From NCBI RefSeq assembly GCF_049354815.1, contig NZ_CP186479.1:2997419-3061418 (forward strand): DNA of 64,000 bases, read 5' to 3'. Below the pieces are notes generated by a model, which saw only the letters and a program-made list of their open reading frames with translations, did not search any database and was not told where the DNA came from. This document shows positions 10,832 to 21,200 of the stretch, in pieces. Origin of the DNA: Devosia sp. CN2-171 (GTDB lineage Bacteria > Pseudomonadota > Alphaproteobacteria > Rhizobiales > Devosiaceae). Position 1 is the stretch's first letter. Every line of letters begins with the position of its first letter. The position numbers were made by a program, and so were the translations under genes.

Positions 10832-11446
10832 ATGACCGGTACGCTGATCCTCGTGCGCCATGGCGAGAGCGAGTGGAACCTGAAAAACCTCTTCACCGGC
10901 TGGCGCAACCCGGACCTCACCGAGAAGGGGATCAGCGAGGCCAAAGCCGCCGGCGAGCGCCTCAAGACGGCCGGCTTCAAGCCCGACGCCTACTTTACCT
11001 CCGCACTGCGCCGGGCCCAGCACACGCTCGACCTGATCCTCGAGACCCAGGGCATCACCGAGGTGACGATCACCCGTTCCAAGCTCCTCAACGAGCGCGA
11101 CTATGGCGACCTCTCGGGCCTCAACAAGGACGATGCGCGGAAGAAGTGGGGCGAAGAGCAGGTGCTGATCTGGCGCCGCTCGTTCGATGTCCCCCCGCCG
11201 GGCGGCGAAAGCCTCAAGGACACGGCGGCCCGCACGCTGCCCTATTTCGACGCCGAAATCCTGCCGCTGCTCAAGGCCCGCAAGACCGTCCTCGTCGCCG
11301 CGCACGGCAACTCGCTGCGCTCGATCGTCATGGCCATCGAGGGGCTGACCCCCGAACAGATCCTCAAGCGCGAACTCGCGACGGGGGAACCGGTGGTCTA
11401 CAAGATCGGGGCTGATGGGAAGCTGGCGGGGACGGTGGCGGTCTGA
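10832..11446 (+). CDS. gpmA: 2,3-bisphosphoglycerate-dependent phosphoglycerate mutase
   Basis: [18 protein letters not shown] catalytic-His motif. Short alphaproteobacterial form. Confidence 0.92.
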   Translation: MTGTLILVRHGESEWNLKNLFTGWRNPDLTEKGISEAKAAGERLKTAGFKPDAYFTSALRRAQHTLDLILETQGITEVTITRSKLLNERDYGDLSGLNKDDARKKWGEEQVLIWRRSFDVPPPGGESLKDTAARTLPYFDAEILPLLKARKTVLVAAHGNSLRSIVMAIEGLTPEQILKRELATGEPVVYKIGADGKLAGTVAV

Positions 11447-11458
11447 GGGCAACCAACC

Positions 11459-11812
11459 ATGCGGATCATGGTCGGCGTCTACTGGGCAGCGCGGCAGGAG
11501 TCACTTGACGCGTGCGCGGAACGTCTACGCAGGCATTTCGATCTGCTCAGTGAATTGTCTGAGTGGACGCGCGTTTGGTACCGTCGGCCGAACTCGGTAC
11601 GAAAGGGGAGCGTGCCAACTTCGCTTGCCAGCCACAATGATCTCGTTCGTTTACTCGGGCGAGGAGTGAACAGGCGAGACGACAACCGGGAGCCCATCGT
11701 CGACCTTGGCTGGCAGCTTCATCTCTGGAACGGCTATCAAGCGGCAACCCGTGCCAGACGGACGTTCATTGCGGATGCTATTCCGTCTGGGTTGGAAACT
11801 ACGCGACGCTAA
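11459..11812 (+). CDS. hypothetical protein; atypical composition (lower GC and GC3), possible orphan or acquired ORF
   Basis: 117-aa ORF in a stretch of about 470 bp with GC well below the window average. No recognisable domain. Confidence 0.3.
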   Translation: MRIMVGVYWAARQESLDACAERLRRHFDLLSELSEWTRVWYRRPNSVRKGSVPTSLASHNDLVRLLGRGVNRRDDNREPIVDLGWQLHLWNGYQAATRARRTFIADAIPSGLETTRR

Positions 11813-11933
11813 CCCTCGAAGGTTCATTCGACCCGGCAGTGATACTGCCCACCGTTTCTGGGCTAAAAGAAATCTGGACCGCCGGGACGGCACACGCGTG
11901 GGTCAATAACACCGAAGTGAGCCCCCTGCCGAA

Positions 11934-12797
11934 CTAAGCCCCCACCACCCCACTCTCCCATCCCAGAATCGCCCGCTTCCGCGGCACGCCCCAGTGGTAC
12001 CCGGTGAGCGCCCCGGTCGAACCCACCACCCGGTGGCACGGCACGACGAAGCTGATCGGGTTCTTGCCCACGGCCGCCCCCACGGCCCGAGCCGCGGTCG
12101 GCTTGCCGATATGCTGGGCGACGGTCTGGTAGGTCGTGGCCTTCCCCACCGGGATTTTCAGCAGCGTCTGCCAGACCTTGATCTCGAAATCGGTGCCGAT
12201 CAGCACGACCCGCACCGGCTCCTCGGCATTCCAGCGCTGGGGGTCGAACACCCGCGCCGCCACCGGCCGCACAGCCGCGTCATCGCGTCGATAGCTCGCG
12301 TTCGGCCAGCGGTTGGCGAGGTCCTCGAAGGCCGCCTCGACGCTGGTGTGCTCATCGGCAAAGCCGATGCCAGAGAGTCCGTATTCGGTCATGGTCAGCA
12401 CGGCCGTGCCGAAGGGGGAAGGCGCGATGCCCCAGGTCATCTCCAGCCCCTCGCCCTTGTTGCGATAGGCGCCGGGCGGCATGGCTTCGTGCGTCACGAA
12501 CAGGTCGTGTAACCGCGAGGTCGAGGAGAAGCCGACCTCGTAGGTCGTATCCAAGACGCTCTGCTTGTCGGCCAATAGCTTCTTGGCGTGGTTCAGCGCC
12601 ACGCATTGGGCGAAGCTCTTGGGGCTCAGCCCGCACCAGCGGCGGAAGAGGTCGGTGAGCTGCCGCTCGGTCAGCCCGAGTGCGCGGGCAAAGCGCGGCA
12701 GGTCGGTTTCATCGGGCAGGGTCTCGCTGAGATAAGCGATGGCCGCCTGCACGGTCTCGTAGTCCGAATTGGCGATGATGGTTTCGTGCTTGCTCAT
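11934..12797 (-). CDS. Ada-like bifunctional regulator: AraC-type HTH fused to methylated-DNA-protein-cysteine methyltransferase (Ogt)
   Basis: C-terminal PCHRVV active-site motif and an HTH region (TERQLTDLFRRWCGLSPKSF). Confidence 0.8.
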   Translation of the reverse strand: MSKHETIIANSDYETVQAAIAYLSETLPDETDLPRFARALGLTERQLTDLFRRWCGLSPKSFAQCVALNHAKKLLADKQSVLDTTYEVGFSSTSRLHDLFVTHEAMPPGAYRNKGEGLEMTWGIAPSPFGTAVLTMTEYGLSGIGFADEHTSVEAAFEDLANRWPNASYRRDDAAVRPVAARVFDPQRWNAEEPVRVVLIGTDFEIKVWQTLLKIPVGKATTYQTVAQHIGKPTAARAVGAAVGKNPISFVVPCHRVVGSTGALTGYHWGVPRKRAILGWESGVVGA

Positions 12798-12855
12798 GGG
12801 CTGAACATAGGCACCCGAGGTATCCGATGCGACCCGGTTTTGACGGGTTGCGGGA

Positions 12856-13348
12856 CTAAACCCGCGCTCGCTTCAGCGCAGTGCCAAAGGCTTTGGCAAA
12901 GCTCGATTTCTCGTCGGTATTGAGGAACGTCCCCACCTCGATGTCCCGCTCGCCGGTCCTAAGGTGCAGCCCGGTGGTCCGCTCGTTGAAATCGCGGTCG
13001 ATCACCAGCTTCACATAGAACGGGTTGAACCGCGTCAGCGTCTCCTTGCCGGTGCCGTCGACCTGCTTCAGCTCGAGCTGGTCGGGCCAGAGCGTCACCT
13101 GCTCATAGCGCTTGCCGTCGCGCTGATGCGCCAAGAGGGCCCAGGCGATCAGCCCGACATCGAGCCCCATGAAGCCGACAATCGGCCAGGCGCCCATCGA
13201 GAAAAAGATGATGCCGGGAATGGTCGCGAGCACGGCGACCATGACGATGACCGCGCGAAAGCCCCGGCGCCCCATCGAACGATGGGGCGTCAGCTTTGCC
13301 GCAAAGAGCGGCCTCGCTTGCGTTTGCGTCGTCATCCTGGGCATCACT
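12856..13348 (-). CDS. integral membrane protein of unknown function (DUF-type, two TM helices)
   Basis: Real start judged at MPRMTTQTQ (rc of 13346-13348). The upstream extension overlapping nth is judged spurious. Confidence 0.5.
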
Positions 13349-13374
13349 ATAAGCCGAGAATCGGGTTGGCGGAA

Positions 13375-14058
13375 ATGGCGCAGCAAAAAGTGAAACGGTC
13401 GCCCAAAAGGCTTCCAAAGGCAGATGTCGAAGCGATTTTCGGCGCTCTTGCGGCGAGCAACCCCGAACCGAAGGGTGAACTCGACTACGTCAACCCGTTC
13501 ACGCTGCTGGTCGCGGTGGTCCTTTCTGCCCAGGCAACGGACGCCGGCGTCAACAAAGCGACCAAAACACTGTTCCAGCTCGCCGATACGCCCGAGAAAA
13601 TGGTCGCCCTCGGCGTCGCCGGGATCGAGGAGCGGATCAAAACGATCGGGCTCTTCCGCAACAAGGCCAAGAACACCTTCGCGCTCAGCCAGCAGCTGAT
13701 CGAAAAGTTCAATTCCAAGGTGCCCGAGCACCGCGAGGCGCTCGAAAGTCTGCCGGGCGTCGGACGAAAGACAGCCAATGTCGTCCTCAACATCGCGTTC
13801 CGGCAGCCGACCATCGCGGTCGACACGCACCTGTTCCGCGTCTCCAACCGCACGGGGCTCGCCCCCGGCAACACTCCGCTCGAGGTGGAGACGGGCCTCA
13901 TGAAGGTCACCCCCGACCAGTACATGCTGCACGCGCATCACTGGCTGATCCTCCACGGCCGCTACATCTGCAAGGCCCGCAAACCCGATTGCTGGCGCTG
14001 CATCATTCGCGAATGGTGCCGGTTCGAGCCGAAGACGCCGGCCCCGAAGGGGACCTAA
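13375..14058 (+). CDS. nth: endonuclease III (DNA glycosylase/AP lyase; HhH-GPD and [4Fe-4S] cluster)
   Basis: LPGVGRKTANVVL HhH motif and the C-terminal C-x6-C-x2-C-x5-C cluster. Confidence 0.92.
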   Translation: MAQQKVKRSPKRLPKADVEAIFGALAASNPEPKGELDYVNPFTLLVAVVLSAQATDAGVNKATKTLFQLADTPEKMVALGVAGIEERIKTIGLFRNKAKNTFALSQQLIEKFNSKVPEHREALESLPGVGRKTANVVLNIAFRQPTIAVDTHLFRVSNRTGLAPGNTPLEVETGLMKVTPDQYMLHAHHWLILHGRYICKARKPDCWRCIIREWCRFEPKTPAPKGT

Positions 14059-14164
14059 CCCCACCCCGCGCTTGAACTCCGAAAGATTGCCCCTTCTCCG
14101 GTCGGGTGAAATCCCACCAGTGCTTGAAGTGAGGCGTGCTGGAGGATTCTACGATGGTTGCAAT

Positions 14165-14614
14165 CTACACCCCATACCCCCGCGCCATCGCTGCGGCGAA
14201 GCTGGGGATGAAGACAAAGATCGCCACCTGCAGCCACAGGAACTGGCGGGCCCTTGCTACCTCCGGGGGCGGCGGGACGAACCCGGGGTCTGCCTGTGCC
14301 GTCCGCCGCCAGCGGGCTATCGCTATCGTCGCCGGCACCGAGGCGATGCCCATGGCGACGAAGGCGAGCATCTTGGCCCAGAACACCCAGTTGCCGACGT
14401 AATATTCCCAACCGGCGGCGCCGAAGATCACTCTGACGATGCCGACGATGATGACGAGACCAGCCGCCGCGCCATAGGCGGCGTCGAGGGAGCCGAGCTG
14501 GCCAAGCCGCCGGCCTTCGATACCCGGACGCAAGAGCGCGAACTCGCCGGCGAATATGCCGACCAGGCTGAACACGGCGAGGTGGTGGAGGATGGCGAGG
14601 ATCAGGTCGAGCAT
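14165..14614 (-). CDS. membrane protein of unknown function (DUF2214-like)
   Basis: About 150 aa, multiple TM helices. Start at MLDLILAILHH. Confidence 0.45.
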   Translation of the reverse strand: MLDLILAILHHLAVFSLVGIFAGEFALLRPGIEGRRLGQLGSLDAAYGAAAGLVIIVGIVRVIFGAAGWEYYVGNWVFWAKMLAFVAMGIASVPATIAIARWRRTAQADPGFVPPPPEVARARQFLWLQVAIFVFIPSFAAAMARGYGV

Positions 14615-14696
14615 TTGTGTCGCGTCCCTTCCGCCTCGACCCAGCCGAGGCAGCATGTTAACACTGTACGCATCGAGATAGTCCCATATGTGATCA

Positions 14697-15296
14697 ATGT
14701 CAACATCCACAGAATCCGACCGCTACCATCACGGCGACCTGCGCCGCGCCCTGGTCGAGGCCGCGCTCGACCTGCTCGCCGAGGGCGGCACCGAGGCCCT
14801 CGGCCTGCGTGAGCTGGCGCGCCGGGTCGGCGTGTCCGCGGCCGCGCCCTATCGGCACTTCCGCGACCGGCAGGCACTGATCCAGGCCGTGGCGGCGGCG
14901 GGGTTCGAGAAGTTCGATGCCGAAGTCTGCGGCGCCAAGGACGGCGTGGCGCCCGAGGACCAGTTCGCCACCATGGCCGAGGCCTATGTGCATTTCGCAC
15001 TGGCGAATCCCAGGCTGTACCGGCTGATGTTTTCGTCCGAGCTGGGCAAGTTCGAGGACCCCGAACTGCGCCGCGCCGCGGACGCCGCCTATGCGAGTCT
15101 CGCTGTCGCCGCGGCGAGGGAGGATCCCGACGCACCGGGTGAAGCGGCGATCAGCGCCTGGGCCTTCGTCCACGGGCTCTCCATGCTGCTGCTCGACGGG
15201 CAGCTGCTCGGGGTCACCCCGGAGACCGCCGATCCGTTGATCCGCAAGCTCACCCGCCGCAGCGCCGACCAGCTTAGGCGAGGCCGAAGTCCCTGA
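14697..15296 (+). CDS. TetR/AcrR-family transcriptional regulator
   Basis: N-terminal HTH (GLRELARRVGVSAAAPYRHF). Confidence 0.75.
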   Translation: MSTSTESDRYHHGDLRRALVEAALDLLAEGGTEALGLRELARRVGVSAAAPYRHFRDRQALIQAVAAAGFEKFDAEVCGAKDGVAPEDQFATMAEAYVHFALANPRLYRLMFSSELGKFEDPELRRAADAAYASLAVAAAREDPDAPGEAAISAWAFVHGLSMLLLDGQLLGVTPETADPLIRKLTRRSADQLRRGRSP

Positions 15297-15371
15297 GTCC
15301 GTTGCGCCTCGCGCAAATCTCCTCTAAGTCCGGCGCCGGCTCGTTTTCTCCGTTTGAGACAAGGATTACCG

Positions 15372-16373
15372 ATGGCCGAGGCCCGGTTCGACGTATTGAC
15401 CATCGGCAATGCCATCGTCGACGTCATTGCACCCCTCGAACCCGGCTTCCTCGAGCGTGAAGGCCTTTCCGAAGGCATCATGCATCTCGTCGACGCGGAG
15501 CGCAGCGAATACCTCTACCAGCGCATGCCTGCGGAGAAGCAGCAGATCTCGGGTGGCAGCTCGGGCAATACGGCTGCCGGCGTTGCGTCGCTCGGTGGGC
15601 GCGCCGCCTTCGTGGGCAAGGTGGCCGACGACGCGCTTGGTGATGTGTTCGAAGACGACCTCAAGCGCATCGGCGTCCACTACGGCGTTTCCCGCCTCGT
15701 CGACGGTCCGGCCACGGCGCGCTGCATGATCCTCGTCTCGCCGCATGGCGAGCGGACGATGAACACTTATCTCGGCGCCTGCCACCAGCTCACCACAGCC
15801 GACATCAAGGAAGACGAGATCGGCGGCGCCACCATCACCTACATGGAAGGGTTCCTGTGGGATCCGACCGAAGCCAAGAAGGCCTTCGTGATGGCCGCGC
15901 ACTATGCGCACAAGCACGAGAAGGCCGCCTCCTTCACCCTCTCCGACCCGTTCTGCGTCAACCGCTACCGCGACGAGTTCCTCGACCTCATCCGAAGTAA
16001 GACCATGGATATCGTCTTCGGCAATATCGAAGAGCTGAAGTCGCTGTACCAGACCGATTTCCACGGCGCGGTGCAGGCCATCGCCCAGGATGCCGAGTTT
16101 GCCGCCATCACCATGGGCGCCCAGGGCGCCATGGCCATCCACAATGGCGAGATCATCACCGTGCCGGCTTACGCCGTGCCCGAAGTGGTCGATGTCACCG
16201 GCGCCGGTGACCTCTTCGCGTCAGGCTTCCTGCTGGCGCTGGCGCGTGAACGCGACCTCCGCACGGCGCTCCAGGCCGGCTGCCTCGCGGCCAGCGAAGT
16301 GATCTCGCATATCGGCGCACGACCGGTGGCGGATCTGCAGGCAATGGCCGCCGAGCATGGGGTCGGAGTTTAG
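15372..16373 (+). CDS. PfkB-family carbohydrate kinase (adenosine kinase-like)
   Basis: GG dipeptide and DVTGAGD C-terminal motif. About 333 aa. Confidence 0.8.
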   Translation: MAEARFDVLTIGNAIVDVIAPLEPGFLEREGLSEGIMHLVDAERSEYLYQRMPAEKQQISGGSSGNTAAGVASLGGRAAFVGKVADDALGDVFEDDLKRIGVHYGVSRLVDGPATARCMILVSPHGERTMNTYLGACHQLTTADIKEDEIGGATITYMEGFLWDPTEAKKAFVMAAHYAHKHEKAASFTLSDPFCVNRYRDEFLDLIRSKTMDIVFGNIEELKSLYQTDFHGAVQAIAQDAEFAAITMGAQGAMAIHNGEIITVPAYAVPEVVDVTGAGDLFASGFLLALARERDLRTALQAGCLAASEVISHIGARPVADLQAMAAEHGVGV

Positions 16374-16389
16374 GCTGGGCAGGTGAAAC

Positions 16390-17340
16390 TCACACCTTCC
16401 GCAACGCCACCCGCTCGATCGTGTGACTGCGCCCCTTGGTCAGCACCAGGTCAGCCCTGCTCCGCGTCGGCTGGATATTGTCCCGCAGGTTCGGCAGGTT
16501 GATCTCGGTCCACGCCCACATGCCGAACTTTTCCGCTTCCTCGGCGCTCATCTGGGTGAAGCGGTGGAAGAAGCTCTTGGGGTCGGCAAAGGCGGTCTGA
16601 CGCAAGCGCCGGAAGCGCTCCATGAACCAAGCCCTCAGGTCCGCCTCGGCGGCATCGATAAAGATCGAGAAATCAAGGAAGTCGGAAGCGAAGAGGATCG
16701 GGCGGCCGGATTTTGGCAACTCGCCCGGCTGCAGGATATTCAACCCCTCGACGATCAGGATGTCTGGCCGATCGATGGTGGTGAACTGCCCCGGCACGAC
16801 GTCGTAGACGAGATGCGAGTAGACCGGCACCTTCACATCAGGTTTTCCGGACTTGATGTCGCTGAGGAACCGGATCAGCGCGGTGCGATCATAGCTCTCT
16901 GGAAAACCCTTGCGGTCGGCGAGCTTCAGTTCGTCCAGTTTGGCATTCGAGAACAGGAACCCGTCCGTCGTCACGAGATCGACCTTGGGCGAACTCGGCC
17001 AGCGGCTGAGCAGCGCCCGCAGGATGCGCGAGGTGGTGGATTTCCCCACCGCAACCGAACCCGCAACACCGATAATGTACGGGACCTTCCGTCCATCGGC
17101 GCCGAGGAACTTCGTCGATGCGTCGTGCAACTGCTGCGTCGCCTCGACATAGAGCGAGATCAGCCGGCTCAGCGGCAGGTAGATTTCCTCGGCCTCGACA
17201 AACGAGATCGGGTCGGTCAGCGCGCGCAGCCGCTCGATATCAGCCGGCTCCAGTGTCATCGGCTCGTCGGCGCGGAAGCGGCTCCATTCGGCCTTGGTGA
17301 AATAGTGGTAGGGCTCGAGCTTCCTGTCGTCAGCAGTCAC
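16390..17340 (-). CDS. coaA: type I pantothenate kinase
   Basis: P-loop [12 protein letters not shown], 316 aa. Classic CoaA. Confidence 0.9.
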   Translation of the reverse strand: MTADDRKLEPYHYFTKAEWSRFRADEPMTLEPADIERLRALTDPISFVEAEEIYLPLSRLISLYVEATQQLHDASTKFLGADGRKVPYIIGVAGSVAVGKSTTSRILRALLSRWPSSPKVDLVTTDGFLFSNAKLDELKLADRKGFPESYDRTALIRFLSDIKSGKPDVKVPVYSHLVYDVVPGQFTTIDRPDILIVEGLNILQPGELPKSGRPILFASDFLDFSIFIDAAEADLRAWFMERFRRLRQTAFADPKSFFHRFTQMSAEEAEKFGMWAWTEINLPNLRDNIQPTRSRADLVLTKGRSHTIERVALRKV

Positions 17341-17661
17341 TTGCCCTGCCCCCGCGACGCCTTTTCCTGGAGGCCCGACTGCGCAGTGCGGCGCTCGAGC
17401 TGTGCCATTACGTCGCTGAGCGGCACCCCGGCGGCGCGCAATAGCACGAGCAGGTGGTAGAGCACGTCCGAGGCTTCGCTTTCGGTGCCCTTCCTGTCCT
17501 TGGTGACGGACGAGATGATGATCTCGGCCGCTTCCTCGCCGAACTTCTTGGCGCAGCGCTCGACACCGTCCTTGAGGAGCTTGGCCGTATAGCTCTCGTC
17601 CGGCGACGCACTCGCGCGGGCGGCGATGCGCTGGTCCAGGTCTTCAAGTGTGAAGCTCATC
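17337..17661 (-). CDS. hisE: phosphoribosyl-ATP pyrophosphatase
   Basis: About 108 aa ([16 protein letters not shown]...YHLLVLL). Overlaps hisF in the his operon context. Confidence 0.85.
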
Positions 17662-18474
17662 AAATCTCTCCCGCGTTGGTATCGCGCCGCATCGGGATGC
17701 CGTGGCGCTCCATGTAGTCCTTGGCCTCGCCCACCGTAAAAGTGCCGAAGTGGAAGATCGAGGCAGCGAGCACCGCCGAGGCGTGCCCCTCCTTCACCCC
17801 GTCGACGAGATCGTTGAGTGTGCCGACGCCGCCGGAAGCGATCACCGGCACATGCACGCTGTCGGCGATGGCGCGGGTCAGCTTCAGATCGAAGCCGGAC
17901 TTGGTGCCGTCGCGATCCATCGAGGTCACCAGCAGCTCGCCGGCGCCAAGCTCGACCATCTTCGCGGCGAATTCCACGGCATCGAGCCCGGTCGGGTTGC
18001 GGCCGCCATGGGTGTAGATTTCCCACTCGTCCATGTTGTGCTGGCCCGGCGCGCGGTTCTGGCGCTGGCGGGCATCGACCGAAACGACGATGCACTGGTC
18101 GCCGAATTTGTCGGCGGCGCGGGCGATGAAATCGGGGTCGTTCACGGCCGACGTGTTGATCGCCACCTTGTCGGCACCGGCGAGCAGGAGCTTGCGGATA
18201 TCCTCAATCCGCCGCACCCCGCCACCCACCGTCACCGGCATGAAGCAGTGCTCGGCGGTGCGCGCCACCACGTCGTAGATGGTTTCGCGATTGTCCGAGC
18301 TCGCGGTGATGTCGAGGAAGGTCAACTCGTCCGCGCCGGCAGCGTTATAGGCGATCGCCGCCTCCACCGGATCGCCGGCATCGATCAGGTCGACGAACTG
18401 CACGCCCTTGACGACGCGGCCGTCCTTGACGTCGAGGCAGGGAATGATCCGGGTCTTGAGGGTCATCGAGGCAG
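17660..18474 (-). CDS. hisF: imidazole glycerol phosphate synthase cyclase subunit
   Basis: [21 protein letters not shown]... (beta/alpha)8 barrel. ASGGVG. Confidence 0.93.
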
Positions 18475-18687
18475 GTCCTTGGGGCGTTTCTTCAGCTTGC
18501 TCCAGATCGCGCCGATGAAGCTGAACAGCCAGAAGAAGAAGGCGAAGAGGCCCATCAGGCCGATGAGAGGCGACAGGATCCCCGTGAAGCCGAGATAGAC
18601 GAGCAGGAGGATCGGCAGGATGGCGATGCCGTACCACCACAGGTCGACCTTGCCAATCAGCACCGGCTTGTTGCGCAGCCTAGGCAT
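18463..18687 (-). CDS. small membrane protein (about 74 aa, 2 TM) embedded in the his operon
   Basis: [29 protein letters not shown]... Overlaps the hisF start. Confidence 0.4.
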   Translation of the reverse strand: MPRLRNKPVLIGKVDLWWYGIAILPILLLVYLGFTGILSPLIGLMGLFAFFFWLFSFIGAIWSKLKKRPKDLPR

Positions 18688-18998
18688 CGAAACCCGCCTT
18701 CCGCTTCCACCGCCCGCGATGCCAGTAGAGCACCCCAAGCCAGGCAAAGATCAGCAGGATCCCGGCCGGCCAGGTCACCAGCGCATACCAGAAGGTATTG
18801 GCCATCGCCTGCAGCTCGCCCGCCTTGTCGACACCATCGACGATGCAGGGATCGAGCACGCCATTGCTGACCGTGCAGCCATGGCTTTGCGCGACATTGG
18901 CCGCATAGACCGTCAGCGCGATCGGCGCCATGGCGCCGACAAAGATAAGCACCAGTGCGATCAGATAGGGCCACCACGGAAAGCGCGGGGCTGTCATG
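18680..18998 (-). CDS. small 2-TM membrane protein, paralog A (PRFP N-terminus, GC...C loop, HRGRW tail)
   Basis: 106 aa. Shares architecture with the adjacent ORF. Confidence 0.5.
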
Positions 18999-19302
18999 CG
19001 GCATTCCTCCACCGGCGTCGATGAACCAGCAGCACCGTCAGCCATATGGGCAACGCGATGAAGGCAAACCACATCCAAGTGAACGCGACGGCTCTGGACC
19101 AGAGAAGGGTACTGCCGAGAATTGGTCCCAATTCCGTCCGGCCGATCACACAGGTTGTGCCCCCCTTCAAATCGAAGGTGCAGCCATTGAGTTGCAGTAT
19201 CCAGTCGGCACCGACGGACAGTGCCAACGGCACGAGAAACGGCACCAGAATTACAGCCAGCCACCACCAATACCGACGCATTGGGAAGCGTGGGTCACTC
19301 AC
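18994..19302 (-). CDS. small 2-TM membrane protein, paralog B (PRFP N-terminus, GC...C loop, HRRRW tail)
   Basis: 102 aa. Tandem paralog of 18680-18998. Confidence 0.5.
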   Translation of the reverse strand: MSDPRFPMRRYWWWLAVILVPFLVPLALSVGADWILQLNGCTFDLKGGTTCVIGRTELGPILGSTLLWSRAVAFTWMWFAFIALPIWLTVLLVHRRRWRNAA

Positions 19303-20036
19303 GCCGCCCTCACCTGCTTGAGCAGCGCCAGCGCTTCACGTGAATCAATGCGCCCGTCGTAAAGCGCACGACCTGAGATCGCGCCTTCGAGCACCTGGTA
19401 CTGCGGTTCGGTCATGGTCCGGATATCATCCATCGAGGCAAGCCCGCCCGAGGCGATCACCGGGATAGACACCGCCGTCGCAAGCTCCAGCGTCGAGGGC
19501 CAGTTGATGCCCTTGAGCACGCCGTCACGGTCGATATCGGTGTAGATTATCGCCGCGACCCCGGCCCCCTCGAAACGCTGGCCGAGCTCAATCGCCGTCA
19601 GCTCGGACGTTTCCGCCCAACCCTCGACCGCCACCTTGCCGCCACGCGCATCGATGCCGACCGCGACTTGCCCCGGAAACAGCCGCGCCGCTTCCCGCAC
19701 CAGCCCCGGATCACGCACCGCGACCGTGCCGAGGATGACGCGGGCGAGACCCTTGCCCAGCCAGCTCTCGATATGCGCGATGGTCCGGATACCACCACCG
19801 AGCTGTACCGGAAATTTCACCGCGCCGAGGATAGCCTCGACCGCGACGCCATTCACACTCTCGCCGGCGAACGCGCCGTTGAGATCGACGACATGCAGGT
19901 ACTCGAACCCCTGGTCCTCGAACGATTTCGCCTGCGCGGCGGGATCGTCATTGAACACGGTCGCCTGCGCCATGTCGCCCAGCTTCAGCCGGACGCACTG
20001 GCCATCCTTCAGGTCGATGGCGGGGAAAAGGATCAT
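19299..20036 (-). CDS. hisA: 1-(5-phosphoribosyl)-5-[(5-phosphoribosylamino)methylideneamino]imidazole-4-carboxamide isomerase
   Basis: [17 protein letters not shown]... SGGL. About 245 aa. The upstream extension is spurious. Confidence 0.92.
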   Translation of the reverse strand: MILFPAIDLKDGQCVRLKLGDMAQATVFNDDPAAQAKSFEDQGFEYLHVVDLNGAFAGESVNGVAVEAILGAVKFPVQLGGGIRTIAHIESWLGKGLARVILGTVAVRDPGLVREAARLFPGQVAVGIDARGGKVAVEGWAETSELTAIELGQRFEGAGVAAIIYTDIDRDGVLKGINWPSTLELATAVSIPVIASGGLASMDDIRTMTEPQYQVLEGAISGRALYDGRIDSREALALLKQVRAA

Positions 20037-20071
20037 GCGGAGGCTCCTGCCTGCATCGAGCGTGGGGCACA

Positions 20072-20187
20072 CCCCCTCCCAACCTCCCCCGTCAAGGGGG
20101 AGGTGCCGTTCAGTGGCTGACCCTCGATCCTGCCAAAAGCACCGGCAGACACCTCCCCCCTCGCGGGGGAGGTTGGGAGGGGGGGAG
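20072..20187. repeat. MITE/REP-like palindromic element, copy 1 (hairpin TIRs CCCTCCCAACCTCCCCC-N5-GGGGGAGGTG)
   Basis: The left TIR and the reverse-complemented right TIR are nearly identical (32 nt, 1-2 differences). Each TIR is itself a hairpin. Lies in the hisH-hisA intergenic region. Confidence 0.7.
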
Positions 20188-20202
20188 CGGCGATCACGAA
20201 AC

Positions 20203-20853
20203 TCACGGCTTCCACCGCAGAAAATTCCCAATGAGCGTCAGGCCGAGGGTCTGGCTCTTCTCAGGATGGAACTGGGTGCCCAGCATATTGTCGCGACCGA
20301 CGATGGCGGTGACGGTCTGGCCGTAGTCAGCCGACGCCACCAGCGTCTCGGGCCCGTCCGTCGCGAGGTGATAGGAGTGGACGAAATAGGCGTGCAGCCC
20401 ATTCTCGCCATCCGGGATGCCGTCGAGCAGCACATGCGGCGCGCCGAAGCGCAGCGTGTTCCAGCCCATGTGGGGCACCTTGAGTGCACCTTTGGGCTCC
20501 AGCCGCACCACCGCACCGGGAATCCAGCCGAGCCCCTTGGTGATCGCCTTCTCGCGCCCCTCGGTCGCCATCAGCTGCATGCCGACGCAGATACCGAGGA
20601 ACGGTACCCCACCCTTGATGACGCGCTCCTCGAGCACCTCGACCATGCCGGTCACGGCATCGAGCCCGGCGCGGCAATCGGCGAAGGCGCCGACGCCCGG
20701 CAGCACGATCCGGTCGGCTCGGCGGACGGCCTCGACGTCGTCGGTGACGAGAATTTCGTCGCCGGTTCCCGTCTCGCGCGCGGCGCGTTCGAAGGCCTTG
20801 GCGGCCGAGCGGAGGTTACCCGAGCCGTAGTCGATAATGGTGACGGTGCTCAT
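20203..20853 (-). CDS. hisH: imidazole glycerol phosphate synthase glutamine amidotransferase subunit
   Basis: [16 protein letters not shown]... GICVGMQ catalytic Cys, HPE. Confidence 0.93.
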   Translation of the reverse strand: MSTVTIIDYGSGNLRSAAKAFERAARETGTGDEILVTDDVEAVRRADRIVLPGVGAFADCRAGLDAVTGMVEVLEERVIKGGVPFLGICVGMQLMATEGREKAITKGLGWIPGAVVRLEPKGALKVPHMGWNTLRFGAPHVLLDGIPDGENGLHAYFVHSYHLATDGPETLVASADYGQTVTAIVGRDNMLGTQFHPEKSQTLGLTLIGNFLRWKP

Positions 20854-21200
20854 TTGCCCTGCCGCTTCAGGTATTCGACGAGGGCGAAATCTTCGCCCTG
20901 GGCGACAAAGTCGCCCTGGTAGTCGCCGCCGGTCTTTGCCGTCTTCACCCGGCGGAAGGCCGGCGCCTCGAAGCCAATCAGGATCGCCAGCAGCACGTAG
21001 AGCCAGAACGCCGCCTCGCCGCCGATCACGAAGGATAGCGCCACGATCACGACGGTGGCGAACACCCAGCCGGCGAGCAGCAGCCACAGTCCATGGACGA
21101 GCGCATGGACCGGCGGCACGAGGGCGGCGGACCATGAAAAGCGATCGGCGACCGCAACCGGGCCATCGCTTTTACGCGCATAGACGGAATAGAGCGACAC
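20850..21200 (-). CDS. DUF2628-like membrane protein (commonly between hisB and hisH in alphaproteobacteria)
   Basis: 116 aa with two TM helices. Confidence 0.55.
   Translation of the reverse strand: MSLYSVYARKSDGPVAVADRFSWSAALVPPVHALVHGLWLLLAGWVFATVVIVALSFVIGGEAAFWLYVLLAILIGFEAPAFRRVKTAKTGGDYQGDFVAQGEDFALVEYLKRQGK

Noticed and set aside
20037-20202. The GGGGGAGG hairpins as simple intrinsic terminators or as strong ribosome-binding sites.
   Set aside because: The two ends of each element are near-identical inverted copies about 30 bp long, and a second copy with the same ends exists elsewhere. That fits a mobile or repeat element better than an independent terminator. A terminator or RNA-stability function is still possible and is noted in the finding.
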